Source: Selaginella moellendorffii
Lineage: Eukaryota; Plantae; Lycopodiophyta
Length of the DNA: 64,000 nucleotides
NCBI RefSeq assembly: GCF_000143415.4
Contig: NW_003314314.1
Span: 811,771 to 875,770, forward strand
Direction of reading: 5' to 3'
In this document: positions 53,195 to 64,000 of the stretch, piece by piece
How the letters are laid out: each line of letters opens with the position of its first letter
Numbering within the stretch: the first letter of the stretch is position 1
Program-made: the position numbers and the translations under genes
Notes under the pieces: generated by a model
The model's input: only the letters and a program-made list of their open reading frames with translations
What the model was told of the DNA's origin: nothing
The model's database searches: none

Positions 53195-54140
53195 TGTAGT
53201 GTGTGTGTAGTGGTCACAAGTGTATACATCATGTCTATTAGAAGGGCTTGGGCTTCTATTTTTAATAAAATTCACACAATTGCATTGCCCATTTTGTATT
53301 GCCAAGGATGACATGAAGGTTAGAGCCCTTCTTGGATTTGGTTTTGTCAATCTTAAACTCATTCTAAGACTCATTATTAGACTTAGTTTCATCTTATTCA
53401 AACTCTTTATTGTTTTGATTGTGATTTCAAAATCCTAAGCCTTGTAAGCCTTAAGTCTAAACGCAAGTTCTATGTTGCTCTAGTCGGTGAGGTACCTTCC
53501 TCCTCACCTTAAGCCATTGGTATATCAAAATTGTGTTAAACACTGTTTGACACCATTTTTCATACAAGTGTTAGATACAGGAAATTGGTGTTCGTAGGAT
53601 TAAGAGTGTATGGGACCCTTATTTCATAATACAATAGGCTTGGAATTTGGTTTCAAATTCAAGTGTGCTACATTTGGTATCAGAGGAATTGTCATAGCAA
53701 TTCCTATTCAGCTTATGTCGGATTTTTTGACTCAAGTTGCATATGCAAAGACTTTTCTAGTAGATTCGAAGCGACATGTGTAGGATTCATTGGATTGCAC
53801 CATTCGGTAAACATGTTATATGCATGTTCAGTTATTAAAAAAGGCATACATGTAACTGGCAAGATGGTGAAAAGGAACCGTATTGATGACATTGAAACCT
53901 TTAGACGAAAGAATCAAGAGGAAGAAGCTCTTGTTAGAGATGCTATGGAAGAGGTTAAGGGTGAGTCAGAAGAAGAAGAGCCTTATGCTGTAGCACTACA
54001 ACATATAACTTAAGACATTGAGATTGAAAATTTGTGAAAAGAAGTTCATAAATTGAAGAAGGAGAACAAAAAGAAGAAGAACGAAGCTGAGGCAGTTAAA
54101 CCAGCTAAACTTAACATCCCTTGGTATAACAAGACTTGAT
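53195..54140 (+). mobile_element. Gypsy 5' end: LTR-A (to 53672), tRNA-iMet PBS (53675-53685) and leader/gag start
   Basis: ...gtgtgctaca-tt-TGGTATCAGAG; downstream DNA is duplicated at 54744-55175; left boundary approximate. Confidence 0.75.
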
Positions 54141-54214
54141 CATAGGACCCTTTAAATCCCAAGCCTTGGGTGCAACACTTGCTTCGGGATGTTGTGGCAA
54201 AACACTGTCCTTAG

Positions 54215-54691
54215 ATTGCGAATTTGGATACGGGATGAACACCATTGTGTTCAAGCCGATCTCTACATTCTGTAGATATGCCAAATGAGCAAATCTAGAT
54301 ATTTTCCATAAATAGCATTTGGGACCGAAATGAAACTAACACAAAGGGCATGATAGTGAGGGTGTTTGGTAGACACAGTAAGCTATTATTCAGCGATAAT
54401 GAGGGACTAGTCTCAATATGCAAGGGTTCTTGTCACTAGCCAGTGCAAGATATAACGAGACGGGAACTCCTTACCGGGCTAAGTATGCTTAGCTAATAAC
54501 ACATAGGAATCCCGTCCTTATACTTGTCTAGTCTAAGTACACTCGAAATGCCCAGTTAACTCCATTAGCACAAGAGGGGTTACCAAAGGGATCCAACTGT
54601 ACCACCTCCTGCTATTATGGTAGTAAGGAAAGAGTGTCCATAAGGACTAGCCGACAAGTATCTTTTGATACCCGAAGTCACATTCATGACA
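54215..54691 (-). mobile_element. 5' portion of LTR-B
   Basis: Matches ~56913-57381 and ~60913-61382 up to the terminus. Confidence 0.8.
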
Positions 54692-54695
54692 CTAA

Positions 54696-57600
54696 TGTAG
54701 CGCAACAGACTTGGAGTTCGGCTCCAAATTCATGTGCGCTACATTTGGTATCAGAGGAATTGTTTCAGCGATTCCTATCCAACTTTTGTCAGATTTTCTG
54801 ACTTAAGTTGCATACGCAGAGACTTTTCTAGTAGATCTGAAGTGACTTGTGTAGGATTAATTGGATTGCACCATTCAGTAAGAACATTGTAAGTATGTTC
54901 AGTTATTGATAGAGATATGCATGCAGTTAGCGGGATGGTGAAAAGGAACCATACTGATGACACTGAAACCTCTAGAGGGGTGAATCGAGAGGAGGAAACT
55001 CCTACTAGAGATGCTACAAAAGAGGCTGAGGCCGAGTCAAAAGAGGAAGAGCTAGATGCTGCGGTGTTGCAGCGTATGGCTTAGGAAGTCAAGATCGAGA
55101 ATTTGCGAAGGGAGATTCACAAATTGAAAAAGGAGAATAAGAAGAGGAAGAAAGAAGCTGAAGTAGCTAAACTAGCAAAGCCTAAGCAATAAAACTCCTC
55201 TTCAAGTTCTGAGGACGATGAAGTTCTACAACCGCCCCCAGTTACACAAGTTTCAAAGTTCAAGCCTCCAAAACCACCCAATTTTAGAGGCATGTGGGAC
55301 TATCAGGTTTTGGAAGACTGGGTCTACGATATGGAAAACTATTTCATAGCGGCAGACGTAGATGATCATAAGAAAGTTGTGTGCGCGCAATCCTTTCTCA
55401 CCGATCATGCCAAAACTTAGTGGCGCCAAGTGTGTGTTGAAAAAGGGCAGACTAGAAGTTGGACCAAGATGCATTCTCATATCTGTAAGGAATACTTGCC
55501 AGATGATCTTGGTCTAAGACATCGCGTGGAGCTGCGGCGGTTAAAGCAGTGAAGGGATCTCATGCATTACGTTAATGTGCTTGCTTAAAAGAGCATTATG
55601 ATTGCAAATATGAGTGATGAAGATGCTTAGAGTTATTTTCTGGAGGGTTTAAGTTCACTTTTTTGCAATAAGATTTTGAAATTTAAGCTGAAGACATACC
55701 TGGAGTGTAAGGAGGCAGCACAGCAAGTTGCCTTTATTCACTCGCTCATGGAACAATATCAACAACCATATGCTGGTAACTCGGATAAAAATAAAAATTC
55801 TAGGAATAAACAAGGTGACTGGAAACAGAGGGTGGAAGGCAGGTTCTGCCCTGGAGGCTCACAAGCAACAGTTAACAAAAGTGGTGGTGGTTGGAGACCA
55901 CCAACAGCTTCTTTTGGTCCTAGGCTCTCTGTTCCTCCTCTTGGTGGGTACAAGTAGCAACAACTTGCAAAATTTGCTCCTAGCAATATAGGTAGTGTGG
56001 GTCATTGCTTCCATTGTGGAGAGTTAGGACATAGGTCTTCGGAATATCCCAATAAGCATAAGACAAGGTCCTGTGTTAATGTCATGAGGGAAGGCGGTGG
56101 TGGTGAAGCTGAAAGGGTTGATAAGTTGGTCAATGTAGACTATAAGGAAGAAGAGGTGAGTACTTTCGTTGCTTTCTTCAAGTTTTTCTCACAGTCAATG
56201 CAAACACTAATCCATTGATGTATCTGGTAGGCTTTGTCCGTGGACACCGAATCCGAGTGATCATTGATGTAGTGCACGTGGTTTTGACCCTTTATCCTAT
56301 AGTGATTTACTATAGGATAACACCACGAAGCGGAACCTAAACCCTCTTTATGCCATGTGATAGATGCCACGTGTCCATGCCACATGTCTATAGGAACCCG
56401 AGGTTCAAGGCCTTGGGCCATTGAATGAAGGAACGGTGCCAAACTCCCAAGTGTGGAGCCAAGGAGCAATAGAACCGAACCATGGAGCAACTCCTGAGCA
56501 TAAAGCCCAAGGAGCAAAGGGACAGGAGCTTGGAACGACTTGGAACAGTCCTAGAGTAACTAGCATCCCAATGCTAGGACCAGCATGCAAAATGGAGCCA
56601 AATAGAGTCTAGTGCTATTTCGGCATATCGGTGGCCTAACGCGAGAACATGGGTACTTCACTAGCTAGCATGGAATGGAACTTAGGTTTAGAGCCAAGCC
56701 GGACGCAGAACAAGGATAGGCACGCAAGCAGGAGTTAAACTATGCCTCAGGTTGGTCAGCCATGCCCGACCTACCCACTATCCCTACTATACATTTGGAA
56801 CCCCCCCACAGCCCCCCCCTTGAGGAACACACGCTTTGGGCTTTCACCCCAAGCCTCCCTTAGTACCAAGAGTTAGTCTCTGGGACAAGCTCGAAACTTA
56901 CTAAATATGGAATGTCCCTAGATTGCGAATTTGGACACGGGACGAACACCATTGTGTTCAGAACGATCTCTACATTCCGTAGATATGCCAAATGAGCAAA
57001 TCTGGACACTTTCCATAAATAGCATTTGAGACCGAAATGAAACTAACACAAAGGGCATAATAGCGAGGGTGTTTGGCAAACACGGTAAGCTATCATCCAG
57101 CGATATTGAGGGACCAATCTCAATACATGAGGGTTCCAGTGCAAGACAGAGCAAAAAAGAACTAAGAGCCAGGCCGAGTATGCTTAGCTAGAAACACATA
57201 GGAGTTCCTACCTTATGTCCATCTGGCTAAGTACATAGGACAGTAAACTAACACTTGAACAAGAGGGGCTGATAAAGGGAACCAGCAATACCGACCTCCT
57301 GCCATCGTGGCAGTAAGGTAAGAGTGTCTGTAAGGATTAACCGACAGATAACTTTCGATACCCAAAGTCACATTCGCGACAATTGACACAGGAGCTATGC
57401 ACAGTGTGATATCCGAAAACTTAGTTAAGTTGTTAGGATTGAATGTTGAGCAAATGTTGCCTATGCACTTCTAGTTTGCAGAAGGTGGGCAAGTAGCCAG
57501 AAAGTTTGTGAGTGATGTTCCAATAAAAATATCCAAGTGGAAAGAAAGAGTGGATTTGGTAGTGTTGATGATACCAAATTTTCAAATGGTGTTTGATATA

Positions 57601-57960
57601 GACTTCTTTAACAAATATATAAAAGGGATTTATAGTGTTGGACAAAGTTGTATCACATTTAAGTCAGAAGGACATCCTGATGTATCTTTTTAATTGCAAA
57701 AGCACTCCTTAAAGGATTGGGATGCAAAGTTCCTGACTGCGAGAGCCGCTCAAAAAGCAGCTAAGAAGGGATGTTGGACCAACGCAAAGCTTCACTTCTT
57801 AGTTTGGGATGAACTTATATTCTATAAACAAGAAAGATTGTATCTTCCCTCTAAGGATTTGTAGCAATTGTTTTTGCAGGAACATCATGATGTTCCAGAA
57901 GCAGGACATGGTGGAAAGCGGAAAACTCTAGCTTCATTGATAAAAGGATGTTTTTCAAAT
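54696..57960 (+). mobile_element. Degenerate Ty3/gypsy element: 48-bp LTR end, PBS, gag with CCHC knuckle, protease (interrupted), integrase zinc-finger start
   Basis: PBS TGGTATCAGAG at 54746; CFHCGELGHRSSEY; IRVIID|TGAMHSVIS; QEHHDVPEAGHGGKRKT. Confidence 0.85.
56268..57381 (-). mobile_element. Solo LTR-B (1114 bp) with perfect 5-bp TSD ATTGA
   Basis: TG...CA termini; ATTGA at 56263-56267 and 57382-57386. Confidence 0.92.
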
Positions 57961-60150
57961 GCCAATGGAATGTACTCTAGTCTACATTGATTGTAGTAGT
58001 AAGATTGCCTACTTTATAACACCTTTTTTTTTCATCTATGCAATCATATCCTTGTGTGTAGGCATCTTTACTACATTTAGAGGTTCCTTAATTGGACACT
58101 CAATCTCCTCCATCTCATAATAGTAGTAATTTTGTGAATATTAGTGATAAAGAAGTCAAATTCAGTAAACTCTTTAAGCTCATTCAAGAGTTTGTTGGAT
58201 AGCTTCATGAATAAAATATAATTTATCATTCTAGATAATGCACCAACCACTTTATTATCACCTCCATGCTTGTATTAAATCTTAACAAACATCTTTTGTA
58301 GGAACTCACAGCATACAACTCCTTATCTTAAATAGGTTAATTCTACTATGTAGCATTAAACTTGTGGCTTATGTATGTGAGAAGATGCCCAACTTGAAAC
58401 AATACAACCCCAATAGCAATGTCACTCACATCTCACCACAAAAGGCTTTTTAGGATAAAAAATCTTTAATAGACACAAATGCTGAAATACCATTTGACAC
58501 TCTTCATCCCAATTATGAATAGTAATATGTTTTGATGTGTTCTGAAGAACATTGGTCAAGAGAACTAACTACCTTATGTGTGCATTTCATCAACTCTAAA
58601 GTATTAATCAATGGAGTATCACTATTTTTTGTCCATCTCTATCACAGTGCCATCAACATCAATACTTAGAATATTGTGCTCCCAATCAATCCCTAGCTTT
58701 CTATTATAAAACCATTCCTTCCTAAAAATAACATTTGGATTCATTATTTGGAATGACAGATGGTTGAGATTCCTTTGAATAGTCAAAAGAACACTTAGAG
58801 CCCATTTATAGTAAACATAAGTGCTTTATTTGCCATAACTACTTTATAGATTACTAAGTTCTTTTCTACAAGTTTCTTCACTATGTTAGTACTTAAAAAG
58901 TTGTGTATAAGTTGTGTACAAGTTGGATTGAAAAGAATACTAAATGCACCAGCTTAAATATCCCCTTAAGGGGCTTTCACAAATTGATTGTACATAGAAC
59001 TATTGAGCTCTAGAGAGTTGATACAAACTCAAGACTTTGGTTCTTGAACTTTTGCCATAGAACCACAACAAATGCATAAGCCATTTCCACAATAGATTAC
59101 ACAACATTTATGTTATGATCCAGTGCAAAACAACAAAAATCTAATCTCCCTAAATTACATTACACCTCTTCTTGAAGTTCTTCACCACCTAATCACCCCC
59201 AAGTTAGCTTCATTAAGGGTAAATTATGTATTTTACCCTAACATGCCTTGATATACCCTTAAGCTTCCCTTTGACCAATGTTGACTATGTGGTCAAAGTT
59301 AGCACCTAACAATTATCTTTGATCCCTTCACAAGAGGACAATATTCATTTTGATGTCCAACCTTGTGGCAACTAAAACAATCATTTTTTACCTCTCTTTT
59401 TCTTATTAATCTAAACAAAACTTTTTAGCCTCATTGCCATCTTTATTATTCGATTGTTTCTTCCTTGAATATGAAGTATTGGTTGGCTAGTCATGATTTT
59501 GACTACCATAGACCATCCTATTGACTAAAGTTGACCAAGTTGACTAATGTCACTAGGCTTAAATCTTTTCAATCCGCTAAATTTAAATATTTAAGGAAAC
59601 ATAAGTGTTTGTGAGACTAATGCAAAGATCACAAAGATAAAGTCCAAAGATAAAGTCCCCTACCTAATCTTTAGCAATTAGTTCATGAGATCAACTTTTT
59701 CAAACTTTTTGACAACTAAAGTGAGAAAAACCTTTTCCAAGAAGTCAACTTTATATTAGCTTTAATGTGGTTCTTCTACCATGAAGAAGTATGATCTATA
59801 AGCTTTATCATAAAAAAATCAATCTTTATTTTGTCTTCAGAAAGGTTATGAGATTAATAGGGTTCTTATGATTCCAATTAATAATCAATCTCCTGGCTGT
59901 CACAAACATTTAGTGATGACTTCCATTCCACAATACTATAATCCTTAGCATGATTGATGTAACAATGATAATCACAAACACAAGATTGATTCAAATTAAG
60001 GGTCAATGCAAAATATGAAATCCTTAATAATATTAATGGAATTCTTAATGTCACTCTCAACCTAGTGATTTAGCATTCTTGTTACATGATAATATCATTA
60101 AAAGTTTCCTCCTACTACTTTAATACTAATGAAACTAACAAGGAGTGAAT
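57960..60150 (-). mobile_element. Second, older gypsy remnant (gag knuckle, RNase H) in opposite orientation
   Basis: CFSCHKVGHQNEYC at ~59340-59380; DVSDIAIGVVLFQVGH...DKELYAV at ~58305-58432; eroded PBS near 60118-60129. Confidence 0.7.
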
Positions 60151-60267
60151 TGTAGCGCACCTTATCTCTCTCCCCTTAAGCCAACTGGAAAAGGTGATAA
60201 GAGAGCCCTTAGTGGCTATTTTATCCCCATTTATCCCCCAAGGTTCCAAGGATTCTTTAATACCAAA

Positions 60268-61382
60268 TGTAGTGCACATGGTTTTTACCCTTTATCCTAT
60301 AGTGATTTACTATAGAATAACACCACAAAGCGGAACATAAACCCTCTTTATGCTATGTGACATATGCCACGTGTCCACAGAACAGTGGTGTGGAACCCAT
60401 GGTTTAGGGCCTTGGGCCACTGAACGAAGGAACAGTGCCAAACTCGTAAGCATGGCGCCAAGGAGCAACGGAACCGGATCACGGAGCAACTCCCAAGCAT
60501 ACAGTCCAAGGAGCAAAGGGACAGGAGCCTGGAGTGACTTGGAACAATCCTAGAGTAACTAGCATCCTAATACCAGGACTAACACGCAAAACGGAGCCAA
60601 ATGGAGTCTGGCACTATTTCGGCATACTGGTGGCCTAATGCAAAGATATGGGTACTCCACCAGCTAGCATGGAATGGAACTTGGGCTTAGACCCAAGTTG
60701 GACACAGAACAAGGACAGGCACGCAAGTGGGAGCTAGATTGTGCCTCAGGTTGGTCGGCCATACCCGACCTACCCACTATCCCTACTATACATTTGAAAC
60801 CCCCCATAGCCTTCCCCCTTGAGGAACACACGCTTTGGGCTTTCACCCCAAGCCTACCCTTAGTACCAAGAGTTAGTCTCTAGGACAAGCTCGAAACTTA
60901 CTAAATATGGAATGTCTCTAGATTACAAATTTGGACATGGAACGAACACCATTGTGTTCAGGACAATCTTTACATTTCGTAGATATGCCAAATGAGCAAA
61001 TCTAGACACTTTCCATAAATAGCATTTAAGACCGAAATGAGACTAACACTAAGGGCATGATAGCAAGGGTGTTTGGCAGACACAATAAGCTATCATTTAG
61101 CAATATTGAGGGATCAATTTCAATATGCAAGGGTTCTTGTCACTAGCCAGTGCAAGATATAACGAGACGGGAACTCCTTACCGGGCTAAGTATGTTTAGC
61201 TAATAACATGTAGGAATTCCGTCCTTATATTCATCCAGTTTAAGTACACTCAAAATGCTCAGTTAACTCCACTAGCACAAAAGGGATTGATAAAGGGTCT
61301 AGCAATACTGACCTCTTGCCATCGTGGCAGTAATGTAAAAGTGTCCGTAAGGACTGGTCAACAGATAACTACATTTGTGACA
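60268..61382 (-). mobile_element. Full LTR-B followed by eroded PBS (60255-60265)
   Basis: Colinear with 56268-57381; minus strand ...gtgcactaca-tt-tggtattaaag. Confidence 0.85.
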
Positions 61383-61386
61383 CTAC

Positions 61387-62193
61387 TGTAGTGCACCTTA
61401 TCTCTCTCCTCTTAAGCTAACTAGAAAAGGGGCAATTGCTTAATGAAAGAGCCTTTAGTGGTTATTTTATCCCCATTTATCCCCCAAGGTTCCAAGGATC
61501 CACGGTGATAGTATATCCAAATCTCATCCCATGATCACAATGATAATATATCCAAATCTCATCCCATGATCACATGCACTACACTCACCCCCTTTCAGAA
61601 ATGTTAATGTCCTCATTGACTATTGACTAACAACCCCTACTGAGCCAAGGGGAATCAACACCTCCATTTCCACACTCAATCTACCAATCTTTCCATTTAT
61701 CCCCCAAGGTTCCAAGGATCCACGGTAACATCAGAGATGTTAATGTCCTCATTGACTATTGACTAACAACCCTTACTGAGCCAATTTACCAATCCTTCCA
61801 TTGTGTAGACCAGCTATTCCACCAAACTAGTCATCCACCCGTACTGTAGTCTCACGGTGGATACCTTCGTCCGTGGATACTCCACACAAGAGGAAGGACG
61901 CACGCATGGATGCCCAATACATACGATTTCAAATTTAGGGGTAGGAATATACTTTGCTCAAGGGTATATTATATTTTAAGTAGCCACTAATCAATGGGAA
62001 TCAAACCCATGCCATTTGCTTCGATACCAACTGTAGCACACTTTATCTCTTTCCCCTTAAGCCAACTAAAAAAAGGGCAATTACTTGATGAGAGAGCCCT
62101 TAGTAGTTATTTTATCTCTATTTATCCCCCAAGGTTCCAAGGATCCACGGTGACAATATATCCAAATTTCATCTCATGATCACATGCGCTACA
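61387..62193 (-). mobile_element. TRIM (terminal-repeat retrotransposon in miniature): LTRs 62052-62193 and 61387-61583, PBS, PPT, non-coding interior
   Basis: Short LTRs with TGTAG.GCA...TG..CTACA termini; minus-strand PBS gt-TGGTATCGAAG at 62039-62051; PPT GAAAGGGGGTGAG at 61584-61596; a third partial LTR at 60151-60255. Confidence 0.85.
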
Positions 62194-62339
62194 TGAACTG
62201 TGGCTGTGGTTAGTTCAAAAATTCATTTAACATTCCATATAAACAATATTTACACTTTAGTAATATTGTGGATCAATCCATCATCTAAATCCCAGAGATT
62301 AATGTTGGGAAGGTTAATCTAACTAATGTTTTTACTCAA

Positions 62340-62480
62340 AGATTAATGAAAATATGCTATAAGACAACTCAAGAGTTATTAGTTCAATGGAATGATCATT
62401 CCATGAATGAAGCTATATGGGAAATTAAAGATGACATGAAAAGAGTGTGTCTAAGTTTTGGTTATAACTTAGATGACATT
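62340..62480 (+). mobile_element. Chromodomain of chromovirus-type gypsy integrase (degenerate)
   Basis: QELLVQWNDHSMNEAIWE (cf. YLVKW...EATWE). Confidence 0.7.
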
Positions 62481-62756
62481 TATAAAGAAAGGGCCATATT
62501 GCTATATGATTTGTCTTTTATTTCTATGACCATATTATCATGAGAGAAAGTTATATTGCTTTTTTTTCTTTCATAGCTATTTTTCATGACTTTGATATTG
62601 CCATTTGCACATTTTAATTCCATGGCTGTATTATATTAAACTCTTTTCATGTGAGGTTTATTTAACTTCTCAAGGCTGCCATTCATAGCTAATTCATAAT
62701 GAGCCACAAGAATATGCTAAGAATATTCCAGAATTTAGGGCTGGGAGATGTTGGCT

Positions 62757-63165
62757 TTGAGATCTCTATGAGCTATATATGGAGTATATACTTAAGACTA
62801 CATAAAAGGTATGTTTCACCGTTCTATCTATTTTATTGTATCTTAGGCACATAAAACATAACTCAGAAGTTTCAGATCTTGATATCCCTCAGGGGCTTCA
62901 ACTAAGGGTGTGTATAACTGTACTGAAGATTGGTGTTACAAGGCTTCCAAAACCATCAGTTCAAGGGGATCACATTTTTCCATCAAAGTTTCCTCCCAAC
63001 CAAAGTCAAAGTGGGACTTCAGCAAAACCTTTTCTTTTTTGCTTCTTCTTCTACAGTGATGCCAAGAAAGAATTCGTGGAACATCTGGCTCATCTAGAGA
63101 AAGGCACTCAATCCAGGCAAGAAAAATCCCAAAACTCTAAGAGTGAAGCTACATACATGTTTTGA
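62757..63165 (+). pseudogene. Degenerate duplicate of the DnaJ 3' exons/introns
   Basis: Matches ~45013-45450; similarity continues to ~63305 versus ~45572. Confidence 0.88.
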
Positions 63166-63355
63166 TTATAAAATCAAGTTTGTTTTTACAACCAAGTATT
63201 TGACGTGTAAGCGCGTGTCCCTCCCCCGTGTGACGACAACCCCACGGTGGAGATTGAATCGCGCACGGGAGTTCTCCATCCTAGCCGTCGAAAGCGCTGT
63301 GTAAAAGCACTCTTATTTCCTCTCTGGCGTTCTAGGGTCTTTATCTCGTCTAGTG

Positions 63356-63763
63356 ATGGCTCTGGAGTGGGGAGCTCTGGCTCTCGTCGTCGCCGCCGAA
63401 GGAATCTTGCTACTCTTCGCGACATTCCCAGGATCTCACAAATTTGTCAAGGGAATCGTCGCCGTCCTGCGCAGCGCGCTCCAGCCGCTACTTTCGATCG
63501 TCCCCTTCGCGCTCTTCTTGCTCCTGGATCTGTACTGGAAGTATGAGAATCACCCGCGTTGCGAGGGGCCGTCGTGCACTATCGTGGAGCGCGAGCACCA
63601 CGCCAAATCCCAGATGAAGAGCCAGCGAAATCTCCTCCTCGTCATCGCCGCGCTCTTCCTCTATTGGGTCCTCTACCGCGTCACCGCCATGCTCGTCCGC
63701 ATCGATCACCTCCAGCGCAAGACGAAGATCCAGAAGGATGGAGACGACGAGGACTCGGATTGA
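63356..63763 (+). CDS. BAP29/BAP31-like ER membrane protein, single exon
   Basis: MALEWGALALVVAAEGILLL, LQPLLSIVPFALFLLLDLYWKYE, KSQRNLLL; three TM helices. Confidence 0.85.
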   Translation: MALEWGALALVVAAEGILLLFATFPGSHKFVKGIVAVLRSALQPLLSIVPFALFLLLDLYWKYENHPRCEGPSCTIVEREHHAKSQMKSQRNLLLVIAALFLYWVLYRVTAMLVRIDHLQRKTKIQKDGDDEDSD

Positions 63764-64000
63764 AAGAGCAATGCTTCCTCTTTTTTTGTGTTTAAAGTGT
63801 AATCCATGAAATTTCTTCCAAGAACCCTAAAGCTCCAAGTAGTAGCGCCAAGCCATGGCGGTAGGGTTTTAGCGCTCGTAGATAGGTGCGATCGAAGCGC
63901 CGGGCAAGCACCGGGGCTGGGTGGAGTATCGCCATGGCTGGAATGTGAGAGATTCCAGCTCTTTTTTCGTGTCGCAATGGTGATAGAGTACGTCTACGAG

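Noticed and set aside
61387-62193. Cassandra-type TRIM
   Set aside because: No recognisable 5S rRNA A/C-box sequence in the LTRs
63792-64000. Probable 3' end of a convergent minus-strand gene
   Set aside because: Truncated by the window; frame and product cannot be determined

Overview
Gene-dense land-plant nuclear DNA with short (~50-100 bp) GT-AG introns. The compact architecture and PPR/P450 content suggest the lycophyte Selaginella (inference, not verified). Apparently intact genes: an intronless GDSL lipase, MCM-BP/ETG1, a CYP71-clan P450, DNA polymerase lambda, ZUP1/ZUFSP with an inserted ZZ finger, ESS2/DGCR14, two DMP (DUF679) genes, an LRR-RLK with a pseudokinase-like domain, MCM4, tRNA-Asn, a plastid-type DnaJ and a BAP31-like gene. 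Three AT-rich 'islands' (~8.3-16.1 kb, ~28-34 kb, ~45.6-62.7 kb) interrupt these genes. They contain decayed gypsy, copia, LINE and Helitron-like pieces, P450 pseudogenes and gene fragments, and each is bracketed by a direct-repeat duplicate of the neighbouring host gene. Most notable observations: (i) a composite TRIM/LTR element with CA-NNNN-TG junctions that look like ligated unprocessed retrotransposon cDNA ends; (ii) the repeated host-gene-duplication-flanked island architecture; (iii) a decayed Crinkler/RHS-type NTPase+nuclease effector gene; (iv) a CCR-OMT chimeric pseudogene head-to-head with a P450 pseudogene. Exon boundaries and repeat ends were placed by eye and some are approximate.
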